64,000 bases of DNA from Cercozoa sp. M6MM (Eukaryota; Protista; Endomyxa: Ascetosporea): NCBI GenBank assembly GCA_040357565.1, contig JBDODJ010000027.1; one strand, written 5' to 3'. Positions 1-13,068 of the stretch are shown piece by piece; position 1 is the first letter of the stretch; each line of letters opens with the position of its first letter. The notes under the pieces were generated by a model that was not told the origin of the DNA, made no database searches, and saw nothing but the letters and a program-made list of their open reading frames with translations. The translations under genes were made by a program, and so were the position numbers.

Positions 1-58
<58 letters not shown>

Positions 59-3000
59 TTGCCCAGTGTGCAAGTCGCTTGAGCGATATGTCGCTCGACG
101 TGACTGACGCCTCGTGGTATTACGCCTACGACGCCTCGTCGCCGTGCCGTGGTTTCTCCAAGTCGATGCCGTGCGTGTACCACATCTGTGACACTGGCAA
201 TGCGTACACGCCGACTGCTGCACATGGAAGCCATGCGGCGCTTGCGCAGTGGCGAGCAGTAGACAGCAACAAGAATCAAAGCTCGCACGGCATGCGAAAC
301 GACGTGCAGGCGCTGTTCAAGAAGACCGTGTTACACTCGACTCGAGTGTTAGGCACCTTCGCTCAACGTGTAATCGGTGCTGTCGCACCCTCCGTACTCA
401 ACATGCAAGGAGGTGCCGTTACTTTCTGGTCTTCTTGTGTGCTTGAGTGCAAAACATTCTATCACACAGGCTCGGAACTGCCGCCGGTCGTGCAAGAGGA
501 CTCCAGTAACCACATTAGGCAGCAAGCAAACGCAAAACCAGACGCTGTCTCGAGTGGCACAGGCATCAGTACGGCGCTGCATCTAATCGACTTTGCCGGC
601 GAGACCACTGCGCAGATCGGACGACAGTGGACCAACGCCGATATCGATCGCGGCGACTTTGAACGCACATCGATCAACCGAGTTCTGCCTGTTCAGATGC
701 ACACGCGTGTCGCCGAGAAACTCGACTTGAATGTTGGTACCTGGTGTCCTATTTTCTTGTACCCATGTGCTGGTGTACTGTACGCTTTAGGCGATATCTT
801 TGTCTACGCACTCGACTTGTCAAGCCAAGATTGGCCTTTTGTAACGTCGATCACTTGCTCTGTTCCATGCTCCCTGTCTCCTTTAACACCTTTCTTCAGT
901 TGCACACGCTGCTGTTGCGAGCGGCCGAAGCTCAAAAACTCGCGAAAAACGAGACGAAAGAGCACGTCGATTCCTTGAAGAGCAAACGGACTTGGGGTAC
1001 TCATTGTTTGAGCATCATGCCATATAGTAGCGATGTTTGTGTACAGCCTTGCCTATGCGTATCGCCACAATCCGAAAGTAACTCCACCGCGCTTCCGTGC
1101 CTGTATTGCATCTGTCTGTGGAGTTCTATCTAAGCTTTCTCAGTGACGGAAAGGGCAAGTTTCCGTCCGACTCGGACGATTGGATCGCTGCGTACCCTTT
1201 GTGCTACGCCATTTCTTGGTCTTGATGTACCTGATCTCTTGTGTACAGGGACATTGATGAATTCAAACAAGTGGCTTTGCACTTCTCCAACGTGCGCGCA
1301 CATGCGGTCGCTTCGAACAGCGCTGCGCTATACAATCTCGTTGCTCTGCCCGTACTGCACACTTTATCGACGGTGCTCTTCTGCTAGTGTACTGGGCGCT
1401 TCGGGGTACAGGATATGCGCGAAGCAAGCACGCATTTACACGCCAGTTTTCTTCGCGCCTCTGGTACCGGCATACCCTCTCACAGTATGGACTGCGTAAG
1501 TAATCCGAATATAGGCTCGAAAGACTTCGAGCAGCAACGTTTCAAATTGTACCACTCGTCGTCCTACGAGGACATTCGCAAGTAGTCGTTTTCTTCTTCA
1601 CATCCCTCTTACCCCTTCTTACCTTCGTTGCTGCTTTCTAGAAAGATGCAGCAGCGCGTGTCGAAACTGCTCTTTAGCAGCGGTGGATTTGTCGCCTTCC
1701 AGTCCGACTTGTATTTTCAATCCTTCAGTTCAGTGCTTCTGTTAAAGTTGACTCTGTGCTGAGTGTCGCTGAACTGCAGGCCGGTGCTCGACGAGTTGCG
1801 TAGGGATCGTCTGTTAGCGCTGCTTTTGGGCCTCGCACTGGTAGCATTCTTTGCACGTGTCAAGCGGCACACCTGTCAATTGTGTGACAGTTGTATGCAT
1901 GCATGTGTTAACTGTAGAACATTCTACTCGTTGTGTTGATTGCACTTTCGGTCGCTTTGTTGCAGGTACTTCCTTCAGTTCTTTTCTTTGTCCCCAGACG
2001 TCTGCGTTGTGCACGCAGTCACTGCTGCTGATTTCGGTGCAATCGCGACGTTTCCAGTTCGGCGGTATCCTTCCCAAGTTTACAGTTGTCCGAGTCGACG
2101 TTGTCTGTGTGAGACAGTGCTTCGGATGCTTGGCATGCGGCGACGTCGTGTCGTGGGACTGCTGCTTGTTCAATCGATGGTACGCCTACCCTTCCTCAGT
2201 TGCCTCGTACTCTATGTACATACGTTGTATCTACATACCTTGACAGGTGCTATCATTGCCGTCGACCGTGTTGGCAGTGATTCTAGCGGCCTTGTTGAAT
2301 GCAGGCATCGCTTCTGTGCTGCGTGGTTCCTTGGTGTGTTCCCGCTATACTACTGCGAGGGTCTCTCGTGGTTGTTTTATTGCCATTTGGTTGGGTGCAG
2401 AGTCTCGATGACACCAGTGCCATTTCGAGTCTGCTACCGGCAGGTGCAGTGCTGCTTGGCCTTGCTTTGGGTATCTTGGTGCCGTTGATCTCGCTCATCG
2501 TGCCTCTGCGTGCTGCGTACTGTTTCTCACGAACTAACTTACCACCTCATATCTGAGTGATCGATATTGCCCCTCTCCCAGATTAAGAGTAAACGTACAA
2601 GACGCGGTGGATATGCGCCGATCGGCGTCGCTGAGCAACAAGGCATTGCGCCGCGTTCGTATCGCTCGTGTCGAGGACACCAACAAGCAGGTGTCGCCGG
2701 CACTGCTCGCACTGGGTGGTACCACATGTTCATAGCTTAGTGTGCAAGCAGACTATGTGTACATATGTGGATGCAGGAGCAACCTTCCTGGCAGGATTTG
2801 TGGTGTACTACCTGGTGCCACTATCGCTGCTGTCGGCCGACCTGGTGCTGTTCTTCAACATCGTGCTGTTCATCTTGGCCGGCATGCTGATTGCGCTGGT
2901 GTCACTCTCGCTGCGCGTGGCTCTGCCGTTGCTGCAGTCGCTTTTGGTGACGCTGCTCTTCTTTTGGGAACCACTGGCCATGCGAGGTACATTTGCTGCC

Positions 3001-3665
3001 CTTGCTTCACCTTTGCTTGACTACTTGTGTATACTGTACCCTCTGGCCAGTTCTGCTGAAGAAGCAACTGCTGGCGCACCGGGAACACAACCGACGAACG
3101 TAGCAGATATCTAAACCCCTCCTTGATCACTGTAAATACACACTCTACCTCCCTTGTCTAGGTCACTGATGTTCGCCGTGTCGCTCGGGTTCGTTGTGTT
3201 TGCCGCCGCGTCGTTCCAACTGCAAACCTCGCTGGTAGTTTTGGCTGGAGTCGCTGATCCTTTGGTGCACGTGTCCACGCATCATCATAGGCATCATTCG
3301 CAACACTCAAAGCTGCTGGTGGCTACATCAATGTGGTATCTTTCCTGATTGGTCGCCGTCAGTGTACATCTGTGTTTGTGTCTCATAGAGAGTGACAGAT
3401 GCGCAACGTACCCAAGCAATGTCGCTGCAGTCGATCGCTGATATCGAACGTCTCTCCACTGGTCTGTTTTGTGTTTTTAAAGGATGAGAAAATGCAGGAG
3501 CTAGATGATATTACATTTACAGGCACGTCTCCCACGGTGGAATCGCTGCAAGCGTCACCGTGGGTCGATCTGTCGCGTGACTTGTCCGTGAGCGTGAGCG
3601 ACGTCGGTATCGACGCCTCTGTTCCCTTCGATGATGTGGTACTGTCACCTTGACCCTGTCTCTCT

Positions 3666-3704
<39 letters not shown>

Positions 3705-3706
3705 TA

Positions 3707-3778
<72 letters not shown>

Positions 3779-5223
3779 CCGAAAGGTCTGCAGGTGCAAG
3801 AGATCGGCTGGCGCACGATGCCACTCGGCGCAGTCGACGCTGTGCGCACTCGAGTACACTTCTATCTTCACACCTTGTGTCTTCCTTTTACTTCCCCAAG
3901 GTGGTACATCCTGGACGAGCCTTCGCTGGCGCTGTTGACATTTTCGGAGTCACAGCAAACTTCTTCCGCGCTGTAGCTCTGTTTTTATTACAGGGGTTGA
4001 TGCGTGTATCTGATCTGTGACAAGATGAGTCTCTGTCTCTAGGCCGGTGATGGTGACAGCGACGGCTTCCTGCGACTGCGAGAAACGGCACCTGGTGTCA
4101 ATCGTGGCAACCTCGTACCTTCTTTGTGTATCTGACTGATACATTTGTTGGTATGACACTTGGCACTCACACACAACTGTCAGGGCGACCGACTCAATGT
4201 GCCACCACAAACTGAGACCAAAAAGAGTCAGTCGCTGCGGCAGTCGGTGTCGCAGTCTCGAGACTCGTCGTTCCCGGTGCTGCCGTGCCTGCTGCCGACG
4301 GCTGTGCTGAACCGACTGCGCATTCCGCATGACTCGGGTAAGAAGCTATGAGGGAGGGTAGTGGGGGAAGGGTAAGACCGAAAGAGTTGATACCGTGTGC
4401 GCGTAGTGGTGAAAGGCAAGGCGGACTTCTTGCTTGAAATGACGCCAGAAGAGATCACGCTTGACGATGTATGTTCCGTTGACTCACCCACCTTTACAGC
4501 GTGTATCGCTTGATACACGTTGATTGGGCAGAACGACAACGGTGATAACGGTGATCTCGTGATCGATCCCGTGACCGGTACTTTCTCGTCTCTGTATTTG
4601 GTACCACGTGTGCTTTTGACTTAAGTGGTTCTAGTCAACGAAACACTTACTGTCAACAATGAACTACGTCCTGGCTGTACGTCATGCTTTGATCCTCTCC
4701 CTCCCCAGGGTATATTTTGTGTCCGTGCAGCACCTCGATACGTGCACATGCGTGCCATTGCTACTGCTGACTCCTTGCCTTCTATGGCGGTACCTGTGTT
4801 GCTCTTTACTTGCTTTTCGCCCTTTACTCTGACCTCCAGGCTTCACGCTTTCCAAACCTCGGAGGCGACGACGCGTCGGTCTCCGTCACGGCCGAGGCAA
4901 ACGACAGAGGTGTTTCTTGTCCCTCTTCTTCCTGTGGTTACTAAATTCCATGTATGTGGTGTGAACAGGCGAGGAGGGAGACACTGGCGTGGCTGCTCTT
5001 GTGGTCCTTGTTACACCATGACAGACATTAATATTGATATAGGATGTGTATTCTTCCCTCTTGCAGGTCGGTCTGGAGTCTTATAGACTACTACGCGCCT
5101 TTGGCCAGATCACTGTAAGCTCAGTACAGATTTGACTGGTGAGTGTACACACCTGCGCTGCTTGTGAGCACAGGCAGTCGAAAGCGACTCTGGTCAGGAG
5201 ATGGCAGCCAGTACTGTTCATTT

Positions 5224-5272
<49 letters not shown>

Positions 5273-5282
5273 NNNNNNNNNN

Positions 5283-5332
<50 letters not shown>

Positions 5333-6420
5333 CAACTGGCGGATATCACAGGAGTCGGTCAGCGCGGGGGTGGTGTCGATTTGACACGTGCTGCTCGGTA
5401 TTGCAGTGCATAAAACTGCCTACATACTCACTGAATCCATGACTTCCGTGCACAGTCTGTCGTTGTCGCCGAACGAACGTGCTGCCGAACCTCTGCCTTG
5501 GGCTCGGTAGCTCGAAGCACTATGTGGGTGTTCCCTTTTGGAAAGGGGGTTGTGTCTTGAATAGAGGTGTCATCAAGTTGACCGATTCGATGTACGGTGC
5601 CGTCGAGAGCGGTGTTGCTGCAAGTACACCGCAAGCACAGCGACACGACCTTTACCTCGTACACACATCCATGAACTGCCACCTGCCGTGTCTCCTTTTT
5701 TTACACTTTTGTACAGACAGCACTGCGTGCACTCGCCCCGATCGCACGGCCCACCAGTTACTTGGTATTTTGGGTTGTACTTATGCCGTGTTTATACTCA
5801 GAGTATGACTGTGTGTTTAAAGGTGACCTCGAGTGACGTAGTGCGCCAAGACACAGGAACGCCAACACTCAAGGCAGCCGACTTTCTCAACACGCAGCGA
5901 AGCAATAACGACACACTGCGCTCACTCGGCGCTGTTTTTGCCTTTGCGGTGCCATCTCTCAATTGGTGTGCCCAGAGGTGTGTACTCAAGCGTATGTATA
6001 CTGACCCTGCCTCTCTTGTAGGCACTCGTGGCTCTCTCGCTTTGCGTGGCAGCACTTCTGGCCGCGGCGGCGGCATCGACGAGAGCGCAGGCGAAAGAGC
6101 TCGGCGTAGTGCGTGCACTGGGCCTCACGCTGAGCCAGCTGCGACGCGTGCTGGCCGAGGAAGCCGCCGTCGTCGTCGTGTCGGCCTCGATGATGGGCCT
6201 GCTCATTGGCGTGCTGTTAGCGACGGCAATGGCCTTGCAACAGGCTCTCTTCGCCGACGCGCCGTTGCAGGTTGCGGTGCCGGTGCCTCTCGTCCTCGTT
6301 TCGGTAGCGATCGCCCTGCTGACTGCCGTGCTGGCTGCACTGGGGTACTATACTGCATAAGTACGCATATTCTTTTTTGTCCGATCTATGTCTTCTAACT
6401 GGGTTTTCGTGTGTGTGTGT

Positions 6421-6469
<49 letters not shown>

Positions 6470-6479
6470 NNNNNNNNNN

Positions 6480-6528
<49 letters not shown>

Positions 6529-6610
6529 GGCGCTGCGTTCGGTCACCGGCAGCAGCCAAGGCGCACACTCTAAGTCAGTAACAACGCTTTTCCGAGTCTC
6601 ACCGACCTAA
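1..6610 (+). CDS. FtsX/MacB-type ABC-transporter permease-like membrane protein (multi-exon, 5' truncated)
   Basis: Spliced exons give two permease-like TM clusters. Examples: FQFGGILPK..GMRRRRVV, AVLLGLALGILVPLISLIVP, LKKQLLAHREHNRRT..LMFAVSLGFVVFAA, and C-terminal KELGVVRALGLTLSQLRRVLAEEAAVVVVSASMMGLLIG, a typical FtsX-domain signature. Stop at 6610. Confidence 0.75.
3660..3775. repeat. intronic (CT)n(GT)n microsatellite, representative of ~20 (GT)n/(CA)n/(AT)n/(AG)n tracts in the window
   Basis: Other tracts at ~1, 5226, 6410, 7841, 9490, 9706, 12638, 13028, 22856, 27301, 27622, 33018, 36489, 38805, 43814, 49221, 49329, 59076 and 61268. Several contain N gaps. Confidence 0.95.
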
Positions 6611-6770
6611 ACGAATGGAAAACTAACGGAAAAATCGTTTTCCTTAACGTGTACATACTACGTTCGCGTTAGCATCGAATTCTCAATCAAATTTTCGTTA
6701 GCGTAGTATCACGTCTTTGCGTATGCATGCGCATAGCAGTGCTGACTCGCTTCCTTCAGGTTGAAACCGT

Positions 6771-7340
6771 CTATCCGAGCTGTAGCGAGTCGAGAAACTC
6801 CCGGACCGTTGCATAGGTGACCTCGTGTTTGTCTGCCAGGAATCGCTCTGCGAACGCATGTTCTGCATGGAGCACCTGCAACAAACCACATCTCACATGA
6901 ACTGCCTGACGTAGTGGTGCAAAGAATCAAACGGTGCCAAGTCGTGGACGGGCCAAGCGACGCTGCGACACGCTCGTCATGTCGTACGACGCTTTCTCTG
7001 CGCGAGGTAAAGTGCATGTGCCCATCTCTGTTGTTCTGGTATCTCGTTACAGTACGAGTGACCGAGACGGGCGGTTATCTCGGCCGCGACAAGGTTAGGA
7101 CGTGATTTTTGTCTGCAACATGTCTTGTGCTGCCCTACCGGCACGCAGCAGTCTCCGAAGATAGTCTGCGACTGCCGACTTTGCTACTTGGTTTGGAAGG
7201 ACGCCGTCGCATTGGCGTGCTGCGTCATGTAGCTGGTCAAGAATGTTGTCGTCGGCGGCACCGGGAAACATTGCTTTGACGTGCACTTCCGCGCCACATG
7301 TTGACCCAATACCAAATTCTTGCTTGCATCGTTCATCCAT
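6771..7340 (-). CDS. hypothetical protein (spliced)
   Basis: Coding-like exons (MDERCKQEFG..., ...ERFLADKHEVTYATVREFLDSLQLG*) with GT-AG boundaries. No family recognised. Confidence 0.4.
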
Positions 7341-7571
7341 TCTATTGGCGTTTAGCCTGTTCGACAGATGGAAGGCCGTTCGAGTGGTCAGAATCGGAGC
7401 ACTGCACGCACGATGATTATTTTGTTTGTCGTGGCTGGAATCGATCAATGACGTGAGAGCGACTGGCAGACCCAGCGAGCAGTCACAAAGAGTGAGAAGA
7501 TCAGACACCTTGACCAAGCACGGCTTGTGCATTAACAGTGCTCGCAGTCGCGTGAACACTCCAAACAACAC

Positions 7572-7837
7572 ATGGGTGCGTCCCATGCTTGAGTATCATG
7601 TTTGTGTGCCGTGTTTTTGTGATTTTGTCGCACGTGCCACCTGGTTCTTTCTCAATCTGTTGTTCTGCAGGCGGAAAAGACGCACAACCTTTCGTAGAAG
7701 AGCAGCTGCTTGTACTACTTAGCTTAAGAGAACGAACGTTTGTTAAGCTCATTTGTACCGCTGAATCGGTTACGCAGGCCCATGAGAAGTTGCTGTTCTT
7801 TGGCGAGATTCCCAATGTCACAATCGATAGCAAGGTG

Positions 7838-7877
<40 letters not shown>

Positions 7878-9490
7878 TTACGCGTTTCTCGAACCATCTG
7901 TCTGTGTGCTCAGGGCAAACCGACGTCCCGCAGTTGTGCCGTTACTTCCCACAGGTATCCTTACATACCTCACTGCGTATTTACCCGCGTACCCCCCCCC
8001 CCCCCCCGGCAGGTTCCTGCTGGTGCGAGAGGGTGGCCTGATCTCCAAGAACCTGTCGCTCGCACTCGCTGAACCGATCGTACGCCTGCGTTTGCTGCGA
8101 CTCACCAATGCTATCGCACGCCTTGGTATGCTGATATGATCATTACCTTTTCCCCCCCCCCCCTTTCCGTTTACCTTTCCTTTACCTTCTGCAGAGTTCG
8201 CGCCGCTGCCAGAAATGGAGTTGATGTCGCAGGCGTCGTCCCAGCTGAAGCAGTATTTTGGCAGTGGCAGCAAGACGCGATATGTCGACATCGAGATGTG
8301 CGTTGTCTCTGTTAGCCTAATATCTGTACATGTACAGATATACAAACATATGTTGTCGGTATGGTTGAGTACAGGGCATCGCAGGAGGCTCTGTGTGCCT
8401 TGCTGGAGCCACTGGTGGCGCGTCTTCTCGTGTTCACATGTGACTGGCCCACTCGAGGTACCTCTCGTATTGACTTACATGAGTACACTGGTTACTCCGT
8501 AATATGCATGCGCAGGAGGCACGGAGAGCTCGCCGGCACCGCGACTGGAGATGCCGCAGCACGTGCTGGAGGCCTTCACGGCCAGCAAGCACAAGTACGT
8601 CAGTGCCGTTGCCGCCAGCCACCACAGCCGCGACAGCATCGACAACGGCAGCGGCACTCCTTCGGCCACGGCGACTGGCTTGGTACAGAGGGGGAACATA
8701 CCAGTTCGGGGTGGTGGTGGGGGGGGGGGGGTAAAGCTATCGCTGCCATGTGTAGGCGACCTCGTCACAAGGCGCCTTTGTTGAGCTGTACATCGCGGCG
8801 TGTCTCGCGATGGGCGTTCCTCTCAGCGAACAGACTGAGCCAGGTACCTTGTATGTGTGTGTGTTTGCGTGTGTGTATGTATCTGTGAGACATATGAGTA
8901 GACGCACCGCATCACGAGCGCACGCGTAGTTCACTGACGGCACCTGTCTCGGGTAGGGGTAGCCCTTGAGCCCTTGCCTTCTTTGACCCACATACTCCTG
9001 CTCCCTCGTAGTGGCAGGAGCACTGCCGCAGGAGGAGTCGACACTCGTGGGAAACTTCGGCGATAGCGACGTCATGCACGTGGGCGGCGGCATCGCCACC
9101 GGCGACGACGTCTTGGCGCGTCTGCGTTGCATCATGTCCTCTGGAGGCACACACACACATGCGTGCATATGCATACATATATATATGTGTATATGCATAA
9201 GCAGTGAACGAGAGTAGTCAGCGCACGCTGCAGCTGCGTCAGCTGCTCAGCGGACTGGACGACAAGGACACGACGACGCACTGCGCCGCGCTGGCCTTTG
9301 CGCTGCGTTTCTCGGAACTCTTTAGTGGACTGTGCGCTACCGGGGTGCCGCTGGGTGGTACCTTTTGTTTCGTTGTACTCCTATTACACCTCCCCACCCC
9401 TTCGTTACTACTAGGTGTGCTGTGAAACAGATGACGCAGCGTCGCTGCTGCTTGGCATTGTGGCGACCAACTTTCAGGTGTGCCATTGTT

Positions 9491-9531
<41 letters not shown>

Positions 9532-9702
9532 TGTGTGTGTGTATGGTGTGTGTGATTGGGAGTGAGTACAGCTGTCGTCGCTCGAGATGGCCGACGTCAA
9601 GGCCGGCAAGAGCGCCGTAGTCGCACTGGCGCATGCACTGGAGACACCTGTAGGCGCACGTCACTACGAGGTACCTTTATGTAAGGAGTGTGTGGGTCTT
9701 TG

Positions 9703-9751
<49 letters not shown>

Positions 9752-9761
9752 NNNNNNNNNN

Positions 9762-9810
<49 letters not shown>

Positions 9811-12634
9811 TTGCTAGACTTGAGTCTGTGCAACATGGGCGACGCCGGCTTCAAGCAGCTGCTGCGTGCCATCGAGGCCTCGTCGTCTACGGTGCCTACT
9901 TTTCCCCCCCCCCCCCAACACCTTTTACCCCCCTTGTAAAGGTGTCGCAACTGCACCTGAACCATTGTCACATCTCGGCGCGCTCGTCGTGGCAGGTGCG
10001 TTTGCCTCTACCCCTACTCCCTACCCTAACCCCATTTTCTCTCACCCTGTGTGACAGGCCATGGCGGCACTGAGCGAACCGTCGCGCCACCCGACATTCC
10101 TTCCGCTGCTGCAGACACTCGAGATGGACGGCAACGCGTGCAACGGTGCTACCTCTTTACCCCGCCCCGCCTTTTACCTCCTTTACCTCCGCCCCCCTTG
10201 GCACAGGCAAGGCGACGGCACACTTGGCGCACATTCTCGGTCACTGCGCTAACTTGCGTCGTGAGTTTAGTTTCTTGCGATCTATGTCTCCTTTATGCCT
10301 CTTCCCCCTTTATCCCTACCTTTCCCAGACCTGTCGCTAAGCGACTGCTCGATGGGTGCCTCTGAGTGCGACCTCGTGATCAAGGTACGCTTGCGTCCCT
10401 CCCCGGATTGGTTTGTATGTACTGTACAGATGGACGGGGTGTTTGTACATTAGGCACTGACGGATAACAACAAGTTGATGCGACAGAAGCTGCGTTCGGT
10501 GGATTTGTCGAAGAATGCGCTCGCTATTCCTGGTAGTCGTGTTTTACCCCCTACCCCCCCTCTTACCTTCTACCCCTCGGACAGGCACTTCGCGCATGCG
10601 GTCGCGCAACGACGCCAACGAGATCTCGTTCAACCACTTGCTCAACCTGGCGCGCGTGTACCTCGCATTTTAGTCCCCATTACCCTCAATCCCCTTACCC
10701 CCTTATCCCCTCTGGGTGCAGTGCGGACAAGCTGGAATGCCTAGCGCTGCGGCAGACCGGTCTGGACGCGGAGTGCGTGGCGCGACTGCTCAACGCGCTC
10801 AACGACAACGCGTCGGTACACAACTAACGCTGAGGGCGTTTATGAGTATGACTGTGGGTATATCGATGCGTCCACACGGCTGTGGGTATGCAGCTGCAGA
10901 GACGCATGCAGGGACTAGTCAGCAACAACGAGGAGGACAAAAGCAACGAGCTGTAGCGCTCCTTTACCCTCACCTTTACCCCCCCCCCCCACCCTTACCC
11001 CGCACCCTTATCCCCTCTCTTTTGTACACGTTGTATGTGCAGTGACGAGACAAGGCGCATTTTCGCCGACGCCAACGACGGCATGTTCACGCCGGTCACC
11101 ATGTACGCACTCTGCTGGGGCCCAAGGTCTATAGGGGGTGGAGGGGGTAAGGGTGTAGGGGGTCAAGGGATAGGAGGTAAAGGGGTAGGGGGTAAAGGTA
11201 CAACGGAGATGTGCAGGTACGCCACGGCGGGTCTGACGTCGCAGCGCGGTGTGACACTCGACGTTTCCGACAACGACAACATTGCCTATAAGGTGACCCC
11301 ATCCCATGTGATCACCTGCACTCTGAGTGACCCATGTGACCAATGTTTGTGTGCGCGCGCGTGTGTGTGTGTGTGTTTTGTGTATGTGCGTGTGTGTAGT
11401 CACCGGAAACACAAGTCGCCAAAAACACCGTTGTCACGGCACTGTCGCTGCAGGTGCGTCCCTGACACTTACTTTACCTCCCCCAATACCCCCTCCCCAC
11501 TTCCGGTAGAAATGCGACCTGGGCCGTCGCGGCACGATCGAGTGGTGCGAGCACCTGCCGCAGCTACACGCGTTGGTGGCGCTCGACTTCAGCTGCAACA
11601 TCAAGGGTACCGCTGTTACCCCACCCCCACCCGCGCGGGTACCGCCCCCCCGGCCCGGTGCCGGCGGCCCGCCCCGCCCTCGCTCCCCCCGATGCAGTTG
11701 CTGTCGCTGCGCGGCGACGACGACGGCAGTCTGCACGGACAGGACTGTTTGTACGCACTGCTGATGGCGCTGCCCAAGAACCGCTCGCTGGCCTGGGTCG
11801 ACGTGCGCGGCAACCGACTCGGCGACAGTGGCTACGAGATGGCCGCCTCGGCCGTGCAGCACAACAACGTGCTGCGCGTGCTGCGTGTCGACGACAACCG
11901 GCCGCAGGTCTGCACCCCTGTTACCCCCCCCCCTCCCGTTAATCCTCTTACCCTTTACTCTTACCCCCTCTACTCCACCCCGTTACCCCCCTCTTATTCC
12001 CGACCTGCACAGAGCATTAACGCGCTGCGAGTCTTCCGGCAGGCGATGCTGTCGTCGCGCACCATGCTGGGCGACACGCCGCAGAACGACATGCTGGCCA
12101 TGGCGTCCAAAAACCTCCAGCTGCAGCTCGAGATGCGACTCGGTAGTTCCTTGTCCCCCTTGCCTTCCTAGACTAATGTATGACTGTGTGTGTGCAGGAC
12201 TGGACGACATGCGCAAGTACTTTCTGCAAAACCGACGCAACGCGGCACAGGAACTCGCGGCTGCGCGTGCCTCGGGCGAGGACATTGAGGTTACATTTCT
12301 CACCAGTGGACCCACCAAAGTGACTGGTAGCAACTTTGTGCGTGTGCAGGACCACATGCAGCAGCGACAGAAGGGGCCGCAGTTCGGCGTCGATCCAGCC
12401 GACATCTTTGGCACTCTGCGAATGCCTGCCTACGGTACTGTTGTCCTAATGTACTATTCTGTATACATGTTTGATGTATGTATACGTGTGATGTAGAGTC
12501 ACGCATCCCGGTGGTGCTGTGTACAATCCTGAGCGCCATCGTGCACAAGGGCGGCCAGTCCATGGAGGTGTGTTAGTGTGTGTATGTGTCTGCGTACGTG
12601 TATGTGCCTGCGTACGTGTATTTGTCTGTGTCTA

Positions 12635-12681
<47 letters not shown>

Positions 12682-13027
12682 CTGACAGGGCATCTTCCGA
12701 CTGGCGCCCGACGAGAGCGAGAGCGAGCTGCTGCTTCAGCAACTCAACGATGCCTTGGTGGACGCCGGCAGCAACACCTTCGACGTCATGACGCTGGCCA
12801 ATGCTCTCAAGGTGTGGTTCCGCGACCTGCCGACGCGCGCACTGCAGGCCGTCGAGTGCGACACCATGGCCGCCTTTGTCGGTATGTAATCCCCTCCCTG
12901 TGTGCCCTTCTTTAATCCCACACCTGACAGAGGCACGCGAGAAGCGACGCAAAGGGACACAGGACGGTGCCAACCCGTCGTCCATTGGGGTGCTTATTAT
13001 GCTTGTATTGTATAGGTGTGTAATGCT

Positions 13028-13068
<41 letters not shown>

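Noticed and set aside
9147-9201. Possible GC-AG introns (here and at ~27564)
   Set aside because: Alternative in-frame GT donors exist, so this cannot be decided without RNA-seq.
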